A DNA stretch of 40,801 nucleotides from a virus (Duplodnaviria > Caudoviricetes). The DNA is taken from the IMG/VR virus record IMGVR_UViG_3300022670_000329, positions 1 through 40,801 of that record, one strand, 5' to 3'. This document shows positions 9,558-19,075 of the stretch, in pieces (within the stretch, counting starts at the first letter, position 1; the number at the start of each line of letters is the position of its first letter). A model generated the notes under the pieces. The model worked only from the letters and a program-made list of their open reading frames with translations, had not been told where the DNA came from and did no database searches. A program made the translations under genes and the position numbers.

Positions 9558-10150
9558 TATCCACCACCCCCACCGAAGATCTTACGTCCGATGAATCCAC
9601 CAAGCGGTCCACCAACAGCACCACCGATGCTGCCCAAGAAGCCGAGTTTAGATTTTCTACGTTCTGCTTCAGACGTTAAGATGCTCTGTAAGCCAGAACC
9701 CTGTTGTCCAAATGAGCCAGTAGCCAGTGATCCTTGTTGGGCTGAACTGCCGAGCAAGGTAGAAAACAGGTTGGAAATTCCTCCTGCTCCTGCCCCTGGT
9801 GCGCCTTGTAGAATACCACCTCTGGCTGATCCTACGCCTCGTTCTACGCCAGCAAGTGACGCAGATGCAGCACCCCCGCCTGGAACGTTCTGTAAAATGT
9901 TTTCTCTTGTTGCACCAGCAGTACGCCGTACGTCTTCAAGTTGTGAGCCAAACACTTTGCCGAGTATGCCTCTATCGCCAGTCATTAGACCACGAAAGAA
10001 TGTGGAGAGCAACCCGATATTTGGTTCAGCAGTCTTAAACAACTTGTCTGCCCGCGCTGTCTCACTTTTGGCTTTCTGCCCAAGTGCCCTAGCCGAGCCA
10101 GCTTGTGCGTCTAGTGCATCCTGTTCTGCTTTTGAAGGTCCGAATCCCAT
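9557..10150 (-). CDS. Gly/Ala-rich internal virion (DNA transfer) protein
   Basis: G/A/S-rich with C-terminal GFLGSIGGAVGG membrane-like segment; position. Confidence 0.65.
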   Translation of the reverse strand: MGFGPSKAEQDALDAQAGSARALGQKAKSETARADKLFKTAEPNIGLLSTFFRGLMTGDRGILGKVFGSQLEDVRRTAGATRENILQNVPGGGAASASLAGVERGVGSARGGILQGAPGAGAGGISNLFSTLLGSSAQQGSLATGSFGQQGSGLQSILTSEAERRKSKLGFLGSIGGAVGGPLGGFIGRKIFGGGGG

Positions 10151-10539
10151 TACTTATCTCCTTTTCGTACATATAATTGACCGACATACTCAAAGCCTAA
10201 ATGCTTGATTGCGGTCTTCTTTTTCTGCCAACCACTGTAGGTCGGCTGTAAAAACACATAAACAGGGCTATTTCCTATTAAACCCTTTACTTTATTCCAC
10301 ATGCGCCACGTTAAATTCCCCCGATAGTCTGGATCTGTCCAAACGGGGTCAACGTGTATCATCTCTTGAATGACCCAAAATCCTACGATTTTGCCCTTTA
10401 CTTCCGAAATAATCACACTTGAGAACTTCGGGTCAGGAATCCACTCGTCGTTATCGGGAAGGCCCGATCCTCGCAAACCCTTTAACCGCCCGTATTCGGA
10501 AGGTTTCAGAAGTCTGACTGTGGGTACATTTATGCCCAT
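10150..10539 (-). CDS. GNAT-like fold protein preceding ejection genes (start likely 10539)
   Basis: KGKIVGFW, VWTDPDYRG, HLGFEYVG; AAGGA RBS before ATG 10539; a promoter overlaps the 10581 ATG. Confidence 0.6.
   Translation of the reverse strand: MGINVPTVRLLKPSEYGRLKGLRGSGLPDNDEWIPDPKFSSVIISEVKGKIVGFWVIQEMIHVDPVWTDPDYRGNLTWRMWNKVKGLIGNSPVYVFLQPTYSGWQKKKTAIKHLGFEYVGQLYVRKGDK
10312..10329 (-). repeat. 18-bp dispersed motif copy 4 (GACTATCGGGGGAATTTA), intragenic
   Basis: Core 12-mer intact, 5' part degenerate. Confidence 0.65.
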
Positions 10540-10562
10540 ACGTTGCAATAATCCTTGTGCCC

Positions 10563-10591
10563 ATTTTATCACTTTTCCCATTTTAAATCAA
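10563..10591 (-). promoter_or_regulatory. Sigma70-type promoter TTGATT-N17-TAAAAT with TG extension
   Basis: Exact 17-nt spacer; same -35 at 30284 and 38431. Confidence 0.65.
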
Positions 10592-10593
10592 GT

Positions 10594-12969
10594 TTAGGTA
10601 AACAAGCCCGCAACGTGCAAATCTAAAAATACCACACTATTGTTGGAACCTGTCGTAATTCTCATAATAAGTCCTTCACCGGATGCAGCTAAAATCAAAG
10701 TATCAACGTCAACTCTTTGAAACGAAAAGGGAAGTGTATTATCCAAATCCGCTTCTGGGGTATAGTCTGATCTATAATCCACAAGAACGGTACCACCAGG
10801 AACAAAACCTGTAGCTGCAAATGTCCAACCTTGGTCATTATGGTGTAACAATTCAACATTAAAGACTCCATCGTTAGCTCCAGCAAGTCCTACAAAATCC
10901 CATGACTCAATAAAGAAATTATTAGCAGCAAAATCTTCAAAACGTGCAAATCCAAAATTAAAATCTGCGGTGAACGCTGTGTGTGTCGATCCACCTGAGT
11001 TTTGAAGTGTAAATGTAACCGGACCGATCCACTTCTTTACTGTTTGCACATATTGATCTAACGTTAATGTTGTAACATCAGCCACAAGAATTTCTGTATC
11101 ACTTGCGATTCTAACCCCAAGATCAGATATAGAAGTTCCTGATACTTCTATCTCTACTGTTCCTGCGCCACCTGACGCGGTTCCTGCACCACCAGCTATA
11201 ATTGCGGCATGTGCGGCATAAGGTACATCAGAATTTCCATGAGTAACAGATGTATTACCTGCGGGCGGTCCCTGATCTAAGTTTGCATCATCAGTATCAA
11301 AGTCATAAAATCCAGAAACAAAAAATGTTCCAGGCCCACCAGGGGGTGAACGGAATGAATACGATTTAATACTTGGAGTGCTAACAACAGTACCACCAAT
11401 TTCGGAAGGTACTGTAGGACTTCCAGTAGAACCTGTAGGTCGGGCTGTTCCAATTGCCAAACCTCCATCATTTTTACACCAAATATAACAAGGTGTTCCA
11501 TCAGCCGAGAATAATTCTATAACTCCAGGTGCGCCACCTTCTGCTCCAACGTTCTCGTTATTACCAACACTGACCGCTTTACCAGGAACATCATTACCTA
11601 TATCTTCTGCTAATAGAGTGGCATCACCTTCTTCAATCGTTACTTCGCCAGTAACGGTCAAATTTGCAACCATAGACACATTCTGTGATCCGTCAATAGT
11701 TACGGCAAGCACAGTATTGGTAGTGAACTCCATTCGGTTTGCACCACCTGAACCAGCACCATGAAAGTAAGCGATCTGTCCTATGTTTTCATCATTAGCA
11801 TCACCGAAAGCAATAGTGGATACACCATTACCGCCAGCCCCACCAATAAGTGCAAGTCTTGAGACAGAGTTAACTCCAAGATTGTTTTGCAATACTAGAA
11901 CTGTTCCAGTATCGGTTTCTGTTGGGACCGTTCCCGTTCCTCTAATGATAGTGGTTTTGGCACTATCTTCAACAGTATATAACGTTCTAAAAGTATTATC
12001 CTGAATCTCTAGCAGATTTGAAGTCTGTGTTGAGTGACCTGTAATAAGAAGACCGATTTGATCTTCTGCTAATCTAATTTCAGCTTTCTTATTAAAGAGC
12101 CAAAAGTTCTGTCCAACATTGGTAGCAGAACCCCATACCACGTCCGAAATAGAAAAACGAATACTTTGTGAAGGTGCTGATCCTCCTGCGTTAAGTCTCG
12201 TTTGGTTGGTGCCTACTACGCGAAGTTGATAGTTAGTCGAACTTGGCGTTATACTATTTTCACCAATCCAGAGGCCAGCCCCCGTAGTACCAATGACTGT
12301 TCCTGCATCAAAGAAGAACGCATCAGTTGATCCAGTCGGACCTTCAATTCTAAGTTCACCCAAGTCGCTGATAAGTAAACGACTGTCGTAGGTAGCCTCA
12401 TCAATTCTTGTTTCCAGAGTAAAGGTAGAAGCACCTAAATCACTTGTTACATCTACAAACCACCGCCAATCAATTTCATGCGGAGTGTTAGATTCAAAAC
12501 TTTGTCCAGTCCATCGAATTGAATTAGAATCCTTTTGACCATCAGATTCTAAACCTGTACCATCTATAATAATAGCATCGACAGGATCTCCGTCTGTTAC
12601 AATGGTAATTGGCCCAAAAAGTTCAAGTGATCCTGTAGCTGGATCGTACACCGGAGAATTACGTGCGTCCAGTTGTAAAGCATCATTTAGATGGGGCAGT
12701 CGATTACGTTCTGCATTTAATACTGTTAGACCACCACCACCACTGCCGCCGAAACTACGAGGACCAATTTGAGGACTGAACGCACTTCTAGCTTGTGCAT
12801 CCCGTTCCTTTTCTATCATATCTCCCACAACTTCCATGGTGCCTTCTATATCTGCTTGTAGCGAATATATAGACTCCCAGGCTAGTTGTGTAGACTGGAA
12901 TACTTCTTGTGTATCAAGTTCCCCATCCCGTTTAAGAACATTAGGAAACCATTTATCCCTATGTCTCAT
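10594..12969 (-). CDS. Tail fibre/spike protein
   Basis: Beta-rich G/T/S composition, IAFGDANDENIGQIAYFH fibre-like repeat; follows nozzle gene. Confidence 0.7.
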   Translation of the reverse strand: MRHRDKWFPNVLKRDGELDTQEVFQSTQLAWESIYSLQADIEGTMEVVGDMIEKERDAQARSAFSPQIGPRSFGGSGGGGLTVLNAERNRLPHLNDALQLDARNSPVYDPATGSLELFGPITIVTDGDPVDAIIIDGTGLESDGQKDSNSIRWTGQSFESNTPHEIDWRWFVDVTSDLGASTFTLETRIDEATYDSRLLISDLGELRIEGPTGSTDAFFFDAGTVIGTTGAGLWIGENSITPSSTNYQLRVVGTNQTRLNAGGSAPSQSIRFSISDVVWGSATNVGQNFWLFNKKAEIRLAEDQIGLLITGHSTQTSNLLEIQDNTFRTLYTVEDSAKTTIIRGTGTVPTETDTGTVLVLQNNLGVNSVSRLALIGGAGGNGVSTIAFGDANDENIGQIAYFHGAGSGGANRMEFTTNTVLAVTIDGSQNVSMVANLTVTGEVTIEEGDATLLAEDIGNDVPGKAVSVGNNENVGAEGGAPGVIELFSADGTPCYIWCKNDGGLAIGTARPTGSTGSPTVPSEIGGTVVSTPSIKSYSFRSPPGGPGTFFVSGFYDFDTDDANLDQGPPAGNTSVTHGNSDVPYAAHAAIIAGGAGTASGGAGTVEIEVSGTSISDLGVRIASDTEILVADVTTLTLDQYVQTVKKWIGPVTFTLQNSGGSTHTAFTADFNFGFARFEDFAANNFFIESWDFVGLAGANDGVFNVELLHHNDQGWTFAATGFVPGGTVLVDYRSDYTPEADLDNTLPFSFQRVDVDTLILAASGEGLIMRITTGSNNSVVFLDLHVAGLFT

Positions 12970-15900
12970 TACGGATTGATTGCGCCTCCCTCGAAAGGTA
13001 ATTGAAATTGCTTATAACCAACATCGGTATTGAAAGGTTTAACCCAAACGGCGGTATCTTCATTGTAAACCAAGAAATCACCTGCCGAAGTTAGTGTAAA
13101 TTGAAAATTCTTACCTTTGTTGGCAGGAAATTGTACGTGAATTTTACGTCTATTGCCACCTGTACTGGAGATAGTTTCTACTGGAGACAAAATTGTACCA
13201 TCAATTGTAACTGTCAAAATTACATCGGCGTTAGACCGTAAGGAAATCCAAGCATCTTTGATGTGTCCATACGCCGCTAAATTAAAAGACTGTTCCTGTG
13301 TACGCCATGCATTATAGTTAGGCGGTTCTTGGTCAAAGATCCATTGTATATTGTATACGCGAATAGGAAATGAAGTCGTATTAGTCAAGCGTACCAACTC
13401 TGCAAGAATCTGATTTGTTCCAGAATTATCAAAAGCAAATTGTGCGGTCTGCGGTCCATTATGAGTGAATGTAAAATTTTCTACTCCAAGTGGATTGGTT
13501 GATTCATCCCCATTAATTCGCAGTTCTAAGTCTACTTCTTGTCCAAATGTATCCGCAGTAATAGCAAAACCTTTAACAAATTTTTCATACGGATGCCCTA
13601 AGTTTTCCCAATCAAATGGTTCCTCAAGTTGGACAGGTTCTTGTTTCCAAACCCATTTCCAATTCCATAAAGAACCTTCGACAGCAACACTAGTGAACCT
13701 CATACTCACTCCACGGAGCGGCTCAAAAGATATTTTGACAGGTTTAACGCCTGTACTATTGATAGTGAAAGGTGAACCCGTAATCTCTACTCCATCAACA
13801 TCGACGCGGATATCTTTATCAACCCCGCCTGTGTCGCACTCAAGATAAAGTCCACTAATCCACTTATCTTCTAGGTTGCCATCGTCTTCAAAGTTTGAAT
13901 CCCAATGTAATTGGCTAATTTGGTGAAGTTGGAAAGCAATATCCAATTCATGTAGAACCACCACATTACCATTGAACGTAGTAATATTGGTGAAGCCAAA
14001 AGAAATTGATCGTGCTATCTTATCTCTACCAAGTTCAATTTTATATCGTATACGCGCGCCTGTCCCAACCAACAGTTGTCCTGACTCTGTAGTTGCCTCG
14101 TCGTCCAAAAATGGTGTCACAGTTACGCTCACACCGACTGGAATACTTGCTTCTATGTGTATGTCGCCATAGGTTTTATTTTGATTCGGTGCATCTTGAT
14201 CGAGCGCGCCTGTACGAATTTCTCCTACAATTGGAGTACCGTGATCGTCAGCTGCTCCACCTTGTTTAAGAATAAGACCATCTTCTGTACCAAACAAATG
14301 ACTACGAGTTTCTGCTTCCGAGTAACTCATGCGAATAGGATCAGCCGTTTCCCAATATTCCCATCGAACTAACTCAGGTTCATATCGTAAAATTCGTCTA
14401 TCACCGTTTGTATCTTTATAGTAAAAATAGAGATAAGGTGAGTGCCATTGCAAACGCATTTCATCTTCATCAGCTTCCATACTTACGCCAGCGTTAGCGT
14501 TGATAGTAATTTGCTCAAAGATTGGGCGTACAAAGGATTGTGTAGTGATAGACTGTTCCGTTCCACCAGCAGACTCATAAATACCATCTTTAGCTAACCA
14601 CCAAAATCTTCCAGGTCCGACAGCAATAGCGTGTCGCTTCCACAATCCATGATCTACAGGAGTCTTCCATGCCACAAAGCGCGGTAGTCCTACAGGATTG
14701 ACATTGATTGCATACAAATGTTCAGTCGAAAAGACGTAAGGACGTGTATTGAAAATGAATCCAGCTTGTAAAGGTTCTCCTGCACCTGTGATTTCGATGT
14801 TGTCTTGAGGCCGCCACTGGTCAGGACGTTGTGCTTTAGACCAATATAATCGACCGGCGTTAACTAAATTAGAATCCTTATTACCACGGACGGCAAAAAT
14901 TGATTGTGCGAATGGCCCCCACCATTGTTCAGGCGGTCCACCATCTTCAAGAATCTCAATGATCGTAGTGGTTGTATCTTCCACTCGCATTGAACCTTTA
15001 AAAGTATCATCATCATCTTCACCAAGCACTACTTGTCGTGTAGTTCGTTCATCTTCTTGGAATTTTAGATTTGTCGTATATCGTGCAGGTTCTAAGAAAC
15101 CAGTTAATGCATCCCAACTTTCTAATTGTGCGCCCCATAAGTAGATAGCATCACCACTAGTAATGACTTTAACACCAACATCAGTTGTACCAATAGCACA
15201 AGTAATAACAAAGCGTTCCCAGACACCAGCTTTGCCACCTTCAGTTTGTTCAAAATTAGGTTGTGCTAAGGTGATATCAGTTTCTTGGTCAACCGCTGAT
15301 ACAGTATTATAGAGTCTAATATGTGGCCCACTGCCTGTGATAGAATTGGCTTTCACATAAACAGAAAAATAAGTTTCTTGAGTTGTTGTTGTAACTGTTT
15401 GATTGACTTCTCCATCCACTGCCGAAACAATCATTTCGTCAGCACTTTCTCCAAAATCAGGAGCGCGCCTAACGTTGGATTCAATCACAGCATTAGTTTT
15501 TACCCAAGTAGCATTATTGAAGTTTTGGGAAAATTTAATAAGCTGTGTAACTTCCACAGGCAAAGGTAAGGGGATAAAGTTATCCTGTTCTAAAATCGGA
15601 CTTGTTGCAATCTCCAGATCATCTTTACCATCTACATAGGTCGTGGTTGTTGCAGCACCAGGATTATCAATTGTATCTACCAAATGCCATTCTCGTAGAA
15701 ATCCACCTCTGCGCCAAATGCGAATTTTATCTGCTACAGTAATATCCGTTCCAACAACTGTGAGGGTAGGAACTTGTTGCACAACTTCAATACCTTCAGG
15801 CATAATAGATGAAGGATTGGATTCTACTCCTGTCGCAGATTCGTAATAGGTATATCGCCAATCGTACGGTTGTCCACCAAGTTTAGAATTAAGAATAGAC

Positions 15901-17231
15901 TCAGATTTAACCATATCAATCTGAGCGAATGTAATTGTATCGTCAGTAGTTGCAAGACCATTATACAGTGCGCCAATAGTTATAGCAGTAATATCAGACC
16001 AATTCTTGAGCGGATCACTACCTGAACGAAACCATGAAGTTTTAGGTCGTGAAAAGGAAAACCATTCATCTGAAGCAATCACAGCTTCATCAAGTGTGCC
16101 AGCCCAATTAAGTACAAAGTCTTGAAATGACATTCGTTCGGCCATCAGTCGATAGGATCTGAGTCTCAAATCAACCAACATCTGTTTAAATTCTTCGAAC
16201 TGTCTACGTAATCTAGTTTCGTCGGACGAATCCTGTTGGTTAGCAGTCAACAATTCTTCAGATAAATCACCTGAAGATGATAATTCTGAAGGAGTAATAT
16301 CAGAGTAATATGCGTTTTTGGAGAAGTTGGTCATATTACCATCAGCAGAAGTCGCTCCCGCAAAAGTAGAATCAACTAAGTCAAAAGTATCCGCATCAAT
16401 AACAGTAATAAACCAATAACCATTAAGATCTCCACCACCTTCATTAGTTTCATCAGTAATCAATACCGCATCATCGGTTGAGTAAGCATGTGCAGTTGAA
16501 GTTACGCGCACTACACCTGAACCGTTATCGGCATACGTCATGCCTGTCTTAATAGGTTCAAGCGATAATGAAATCCGCATGAAGTTCATAGTCTGTAAGT
16601 TAGATAACTTCACAAACAATTCTGCGCGTGAGGCCGAAGCAAAACCAGTTCGCCAATCTTTAGTAACTGTAAGTATACGTCCAGCCAAAGCCGCTTGTGT
16701 GGTATTCTTTACGCCTGGGGTATTGAGTGTTAATTTGATTGCATTTAATGTGCCACCAGGATCAACCCTAGTAAGTTTTTGAAGATCAATAGTGTCGGTG
16801 ATTCCTTCAATAGTATAATCACCATCCTTAGAAAACCAATCTGCATTAGCAGTGGGATTATCACCTGTCGCTAAATCATAGAGAGTATCAATAGTCGCAG
16901 CAGTCAACTCAGGAGTTTGCATGTGAGCATACTCATTGTTAGATCCATCCCTGTTAGGCCGCGTGATGCCAACTTTAACATTAGTACCAGTTACATCAAT
17001 ACGCCGCGTTCTTAAAGAATCAGCGATATAAACCCAAGTAGCTTTATCCAATAGGGGATGCCACGCTAACATACTAACAGGTTGACCGGAGTAACCACTA
17101 TCACGTTCAATGAACGTAGTGGTTCCTTGAAATATAATTCCTGCTCCAGCCCTATTCGTGCCGACAATAAGCGTACTTGTATTGTCTTCACTATTTTCTA
17201 GGTGTATGATTGAATGTATTTCGTCAGACAT
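12969..17231 (-). CDS. Tail nozzle / tubular protein B-like protein with inserted beta-sandwich domains (appears to lack its N-terminus)
   Basis: RLYWSKAQRPDQW, WWLAKDGIY, YRYTYY..TGVESNPS-type motifs; FCCH-like VRVTSTAHAYSTDD segment; lectin-like inserts. Confidence 0.7.
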   Translation of the reverse strand: MSDEIHSIIHLENSEDNTSTLIVGTNRAGAGIIFQGTTTFIERDSGYSGQPVSMLAWHPLLDKATWVYIADSLRTRRIDVTGTNVKVGITRPNRDGSNNEYAHMQTPELTAATIDTLYDLATGDNPTANADWFSKDGDYTIEGITDTIDLQKLTRVDPGGTLNAIKLTLNTPGVKNTTQAALAGRILTVTKDWRTGFASASRAELFVKLSNLQTMNFMRISLSLEPIKTGMTYADNGSGVVRVTSTAHAYSTDDAVLITDETNEGGGDLNGYWFITVIDADTFDLVDSTFAGATSADGNMTNFSKNAYYSDITPSELSSSGDLSEELLTANQQDSSDETRLRRQFEEFKQMLVDLRLRSYRLMAERMSFQDFVLNWAGTLDEAVIASDEWFSFSRPKTSWFRSGSDPLKNWSDITAITIGALYNGLATTDDTITFAQIDMVKSESILNSKLGGQPYDWRYTYYESATGVESNPSSIMPEGIEVVQQVPTLTVVGTDITVADKIRIWRRGGFLREWHLVDTIDNPGAATTTTYVDGKDDLEIATSPILEQDNFIPLPLPVEVTQLIKFSQNFNNATWVKTNAVIESNVRRAPDFGESADEMIVSAVDGEVNQTVTTTTQETYFSVYVKANSITGSGPHIRLYNTVSAVDQETDITLAQPNFEQTEGGKAGVWERFVITCAIGTTDVGVKVITSGDAIYLWGAQLESWDALTGFLEPARYTTNLKFQEDERTTRQVVLGEDDDDTFKGSMRVEDTTTTIIEILEDGGPPEQWWGPFAQSIFAVRGNKDSNLVNAGRLYWSKAQRPDQWRPQDNIEITGAGEPLQAGFIFNTRPYVFSTEHLYAINVNPVGLPRFVAWKTPVDHGLWKRHAIAVGPGRFWWLAKDGIYESAGGTEQSITTQSFVRPIFEQITINANAGVSMEADEDEMRLQWHSPYLYFYYKDTNGDRRILRYEPELVRWEYWETADPIRMSYSEAETRSHLFGTEDGLILKQGGAADDHGTPIVGEIRTGALDQDAPNQNKTYGDIHIEASIPVGVSVTVTPFLDDEATTESGQLLVGTGARIRYKIELGRDKIARSISFGFTNITTFNGNVVVLHELDIAFQLHQISQLHWDSNFEDDGNLEDKWISGLYLECDTGGVDKDIRVDVDGVEITGSPFTINSTGVKPVKISFEPLRGVSMRFTSVAVEGSLWNWKWVWKQEPVQLEEPFDWENLGHPYEKFVKGFAITADTFGQEVDLELRINGDESTNPLGVENFTFTHNGPQTAQFAFDNSGTNQILAELVRLTNTTSFPIRVYNIQWIFDQEPPNYNAWRTQEQSFNLAAYGHIKDAWISLRSNADVILTVTIDGTILSPVETISSTGGNRRKIHVQFPANKGKNFQFTLTSAGDFLVYNEDTAVWVKPFNTDVGYKQFQLPFEGGAINP

Positions 17232-17232
17232 T

Positions 17233-17628
17233 TTAACTTTCTAATGCAAGGATTTGAAACTGAACATTAACTACTCCACCCGGTCCTTCGATGCCTTTGA
17301 CCCGCGCAGAAATTTTGGTTCCAGAAGTGAACTTCCAAGGGATGAGGTAGTGACCTTTCGCTTGCGATTGAAACCCTGAACCCGCGTCAGTGTCGCGCCA
17401 ACTCAGTTTTTCAATGACCGGCACTTCTACTCCAGGTTCACCGATCCCGATGTCCAATTCAATTTCATTCGGGAACGATGGATTACCAGTAGGTCCATTG
17501 AAAACAAAAGACAATACTTGAGTGTCGGTTGTCGTCTGCACTTGGAAAACCCACGGACCAAATACATTGACAACTGCGTTGGTCGTCAATGGCGTGAGTG
17601 GGTTACTATGGTCAGCAGGATTTGCCAT
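17233..17628 (-). CDS. Tail-associated beta-sandwich protein (1 repeat domain)
   Basis: DIGIGEPGVEVPVIEKL...IPWKFTSGTKISARVK; GGAG RBS. Confidence 0.65.
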   Translation of the reverse strand: MANPADHSNPLTPLTTNAVVNVFGPWVFQVQTTTDTQVLSFVFNGPTGNPSFPNEIELDIGIGEPGVEVPVIEKLSWRDTDAGSGFQSQAKGHYLIPWKFTSGTKISARVKGIEGPGGVVNVQFQILALES

Positions 17629-17629
17629 A

Positions 17630-18433
17630 TTAAACTCCGAAAATTACGAGGCCCAATTGTAGTTCTTCAGCGTGGGGTGAGCCGATTCCGGTATCAAGCA
17701 TCTCAGCACGAACCGACAGTCTCGTTCCGAGTGGAATATCCACCGGCATACCAAAGTACCGCGAGTTGTTTCTCAAGCTAGACGACCCGAAAAAGATTTG
17801 ACCAAAGTCGTTAATCAACGGCACTTCGAATCCAACCGCCCCGGTCATGATGTCGATTTTGATTTGTACGCCATTGTTCGCGGTAGTGTGCAGGAATTCG
17901 ACAGAGAGTTCCAACCACGAGGCTATGAGATTTGTTACCGCAATCGCTTCGACAGGTGGAGTGGTTTCTACATTGTTTACAGCGGGAATGGTGATTGAAG
18001 CCGGGGGCGTTCCAATGTAACCGGAGGATTGAGTTTTAGTAATATCCAACCCAAGAGGCGTATCGGAAAGAGTCACAATCATTTGCACTCCAGAGGATGT
18101 CGAGTCGGCTCGTACTTGATACCCAAGTTCTGTACCCGCAGGAATGTCGCAGGGAAAGGACATCGGACCTGGACCCATCCCTTGAGTGGAACCAATAAGC
18201 AAGAGACCCTCGAAGAAATCGGGACCAGCAGCCGTTCCTGGGTTCGGGAAACCAGGGTTGACAAACGGACCAGCCGAGATAGTCGCACTGCAATTAGCGG
18301 GCGCACCATTCCAAGAAATAACAATCCAACGCGCACGAAAGGCGGTTGAGGCAATCAATTGCCGATAGTCACCATCCCCTTGCGACACGCCGCCTGTGTT
18401 GACTTGTTGCCAAGCTGAAGATTCTGTTTGCAT
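17630..18433 (-). CDS. Tail-associated beta-sandwich protein (2 repeat domains)
   Basis: FPCDIPAGTELGYQVR and MPVDIPLGTRLSVRAE ends of two related domains. Confidence 0.65.
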   Translation of the reverse strand: MQTESSAWQQVNTGGVSQGDGDYRQLIASTAFRARWIVISWNGAPANCSATISAGPFVNPGFPNPGTAAGPDFFEGLLLIGSTQGMGPGPMSFPCDIPAGTELGYQVRADSTSSGVQMIVTLSDTPLGLDITKTQSSGYIGTPPASITIPAVNNVETTPPVEAIAVTNLIASWLELSVEFLHTTANNGVQIKIDIMTGAVGFEVPLINDFGQIFFGSSSLRNNSRYFGMPVDIPLGTRLSVRAEMLDTGIGSPHAEELQLGLVIFGV

Positions 18434-18437
18434 AAGG

Positions 18438-19022
18438 TTATCCGTAAATGTGCATTACAAAGCACTGTGATCGATTCAAGTCATTGACCACATCTTTAAT
18501 TTGAATTCCAATTCTCGCTCCCGCTACGATATCTACAGGGAAAGAAACCACGGTGTTGCTGTGGCTAACAATTCCACCACCAGGGTTTTGAATGAGAAGC
18601 ATCTCAGCGACCTCGACAGTTGTCAAAGTTGGACCGCTTACGATGTCAAATTCATAGGTGCCGTCCTGCTCACCTGGGCCTGTCGTGCCAGCTATTGAAA
18701 GCGTAATCCACTTCACGTTAAAGCCAGCCGCAGCAAAGAACTCCACCGGAGTTCCATAAGTATCCGCAGGAGATCCAACTGTAACACAAATCTCAACCGT
18801 TTCATCTGCTTGAGACAACTCTGTAAATGATCCAGCCTGAAATACAATAGTATTAACAAGACTCGATCCTGGTCTGGGCTGTAATGAGCCTTCCTGCACA
18901 GACTTCACGTTAATGAAACGCGAATAGTGCTGTCCATCTACCTGATCTATAGAATGAATCAAGTCTAAACCTTTATTGTCAAACTTGATTACTTCATTAC
19001 TCCAAGGATTACGTAAAGCCAT
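18438..19022 (-). CDS. Nozzle-like N-terminal segment fused to a beta-sandwich repeat domain
   Basis: First ~60 aa FDNKGLDL...NVKSVQEGSLQPRPG; C-part FPVDIVAGARIGIQIK matches downstream repeats. Confidence 0.6.
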   Translation of the reverse strand: MALRNPWSNEVIKFDNKGLDLIHSIDQVDGQHYSRFINVKSVQEGSLQPRPGSSLVNTIVFQAGSFTELSQADETVEICVTVGSPADTYGTPVEFFAAAGFNVKWITLSIAGTTGPGEQDGTYEFDIVSGPTLTTVEVAEMLLIQNPGGGIVSHSNTVVSFPVDIVAGARIGIQIKDVVNDLNRSQCFVMHIYG

Positions 19023-19035
19023 AATGTGTTATAAT
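19020..19035 (+). promoter_or_regulatory. Extended -10 promoter CATAATGTGTTATAAT (antisense to late operon)
   Basis: TGnTATAAT; 16-mer shared with 3824 and 40493. Confidence 0.7.
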
Positions 19036-19041
19036 AGTGAT

Positions 19042-19075
19042 GTACCCGAATGGGGGAGGACTTCGGTCCTTTCCT
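19042..19075 (+). ncRNA. Putative tiny hairpin RNA A
   Basis: GTACCCGAAT leader then GGGGGAGGAC-TTCG-GTCCTTTCCT; C(UUCG)G loop and G.U pairs favour the + strand. Confidence 0.5.
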
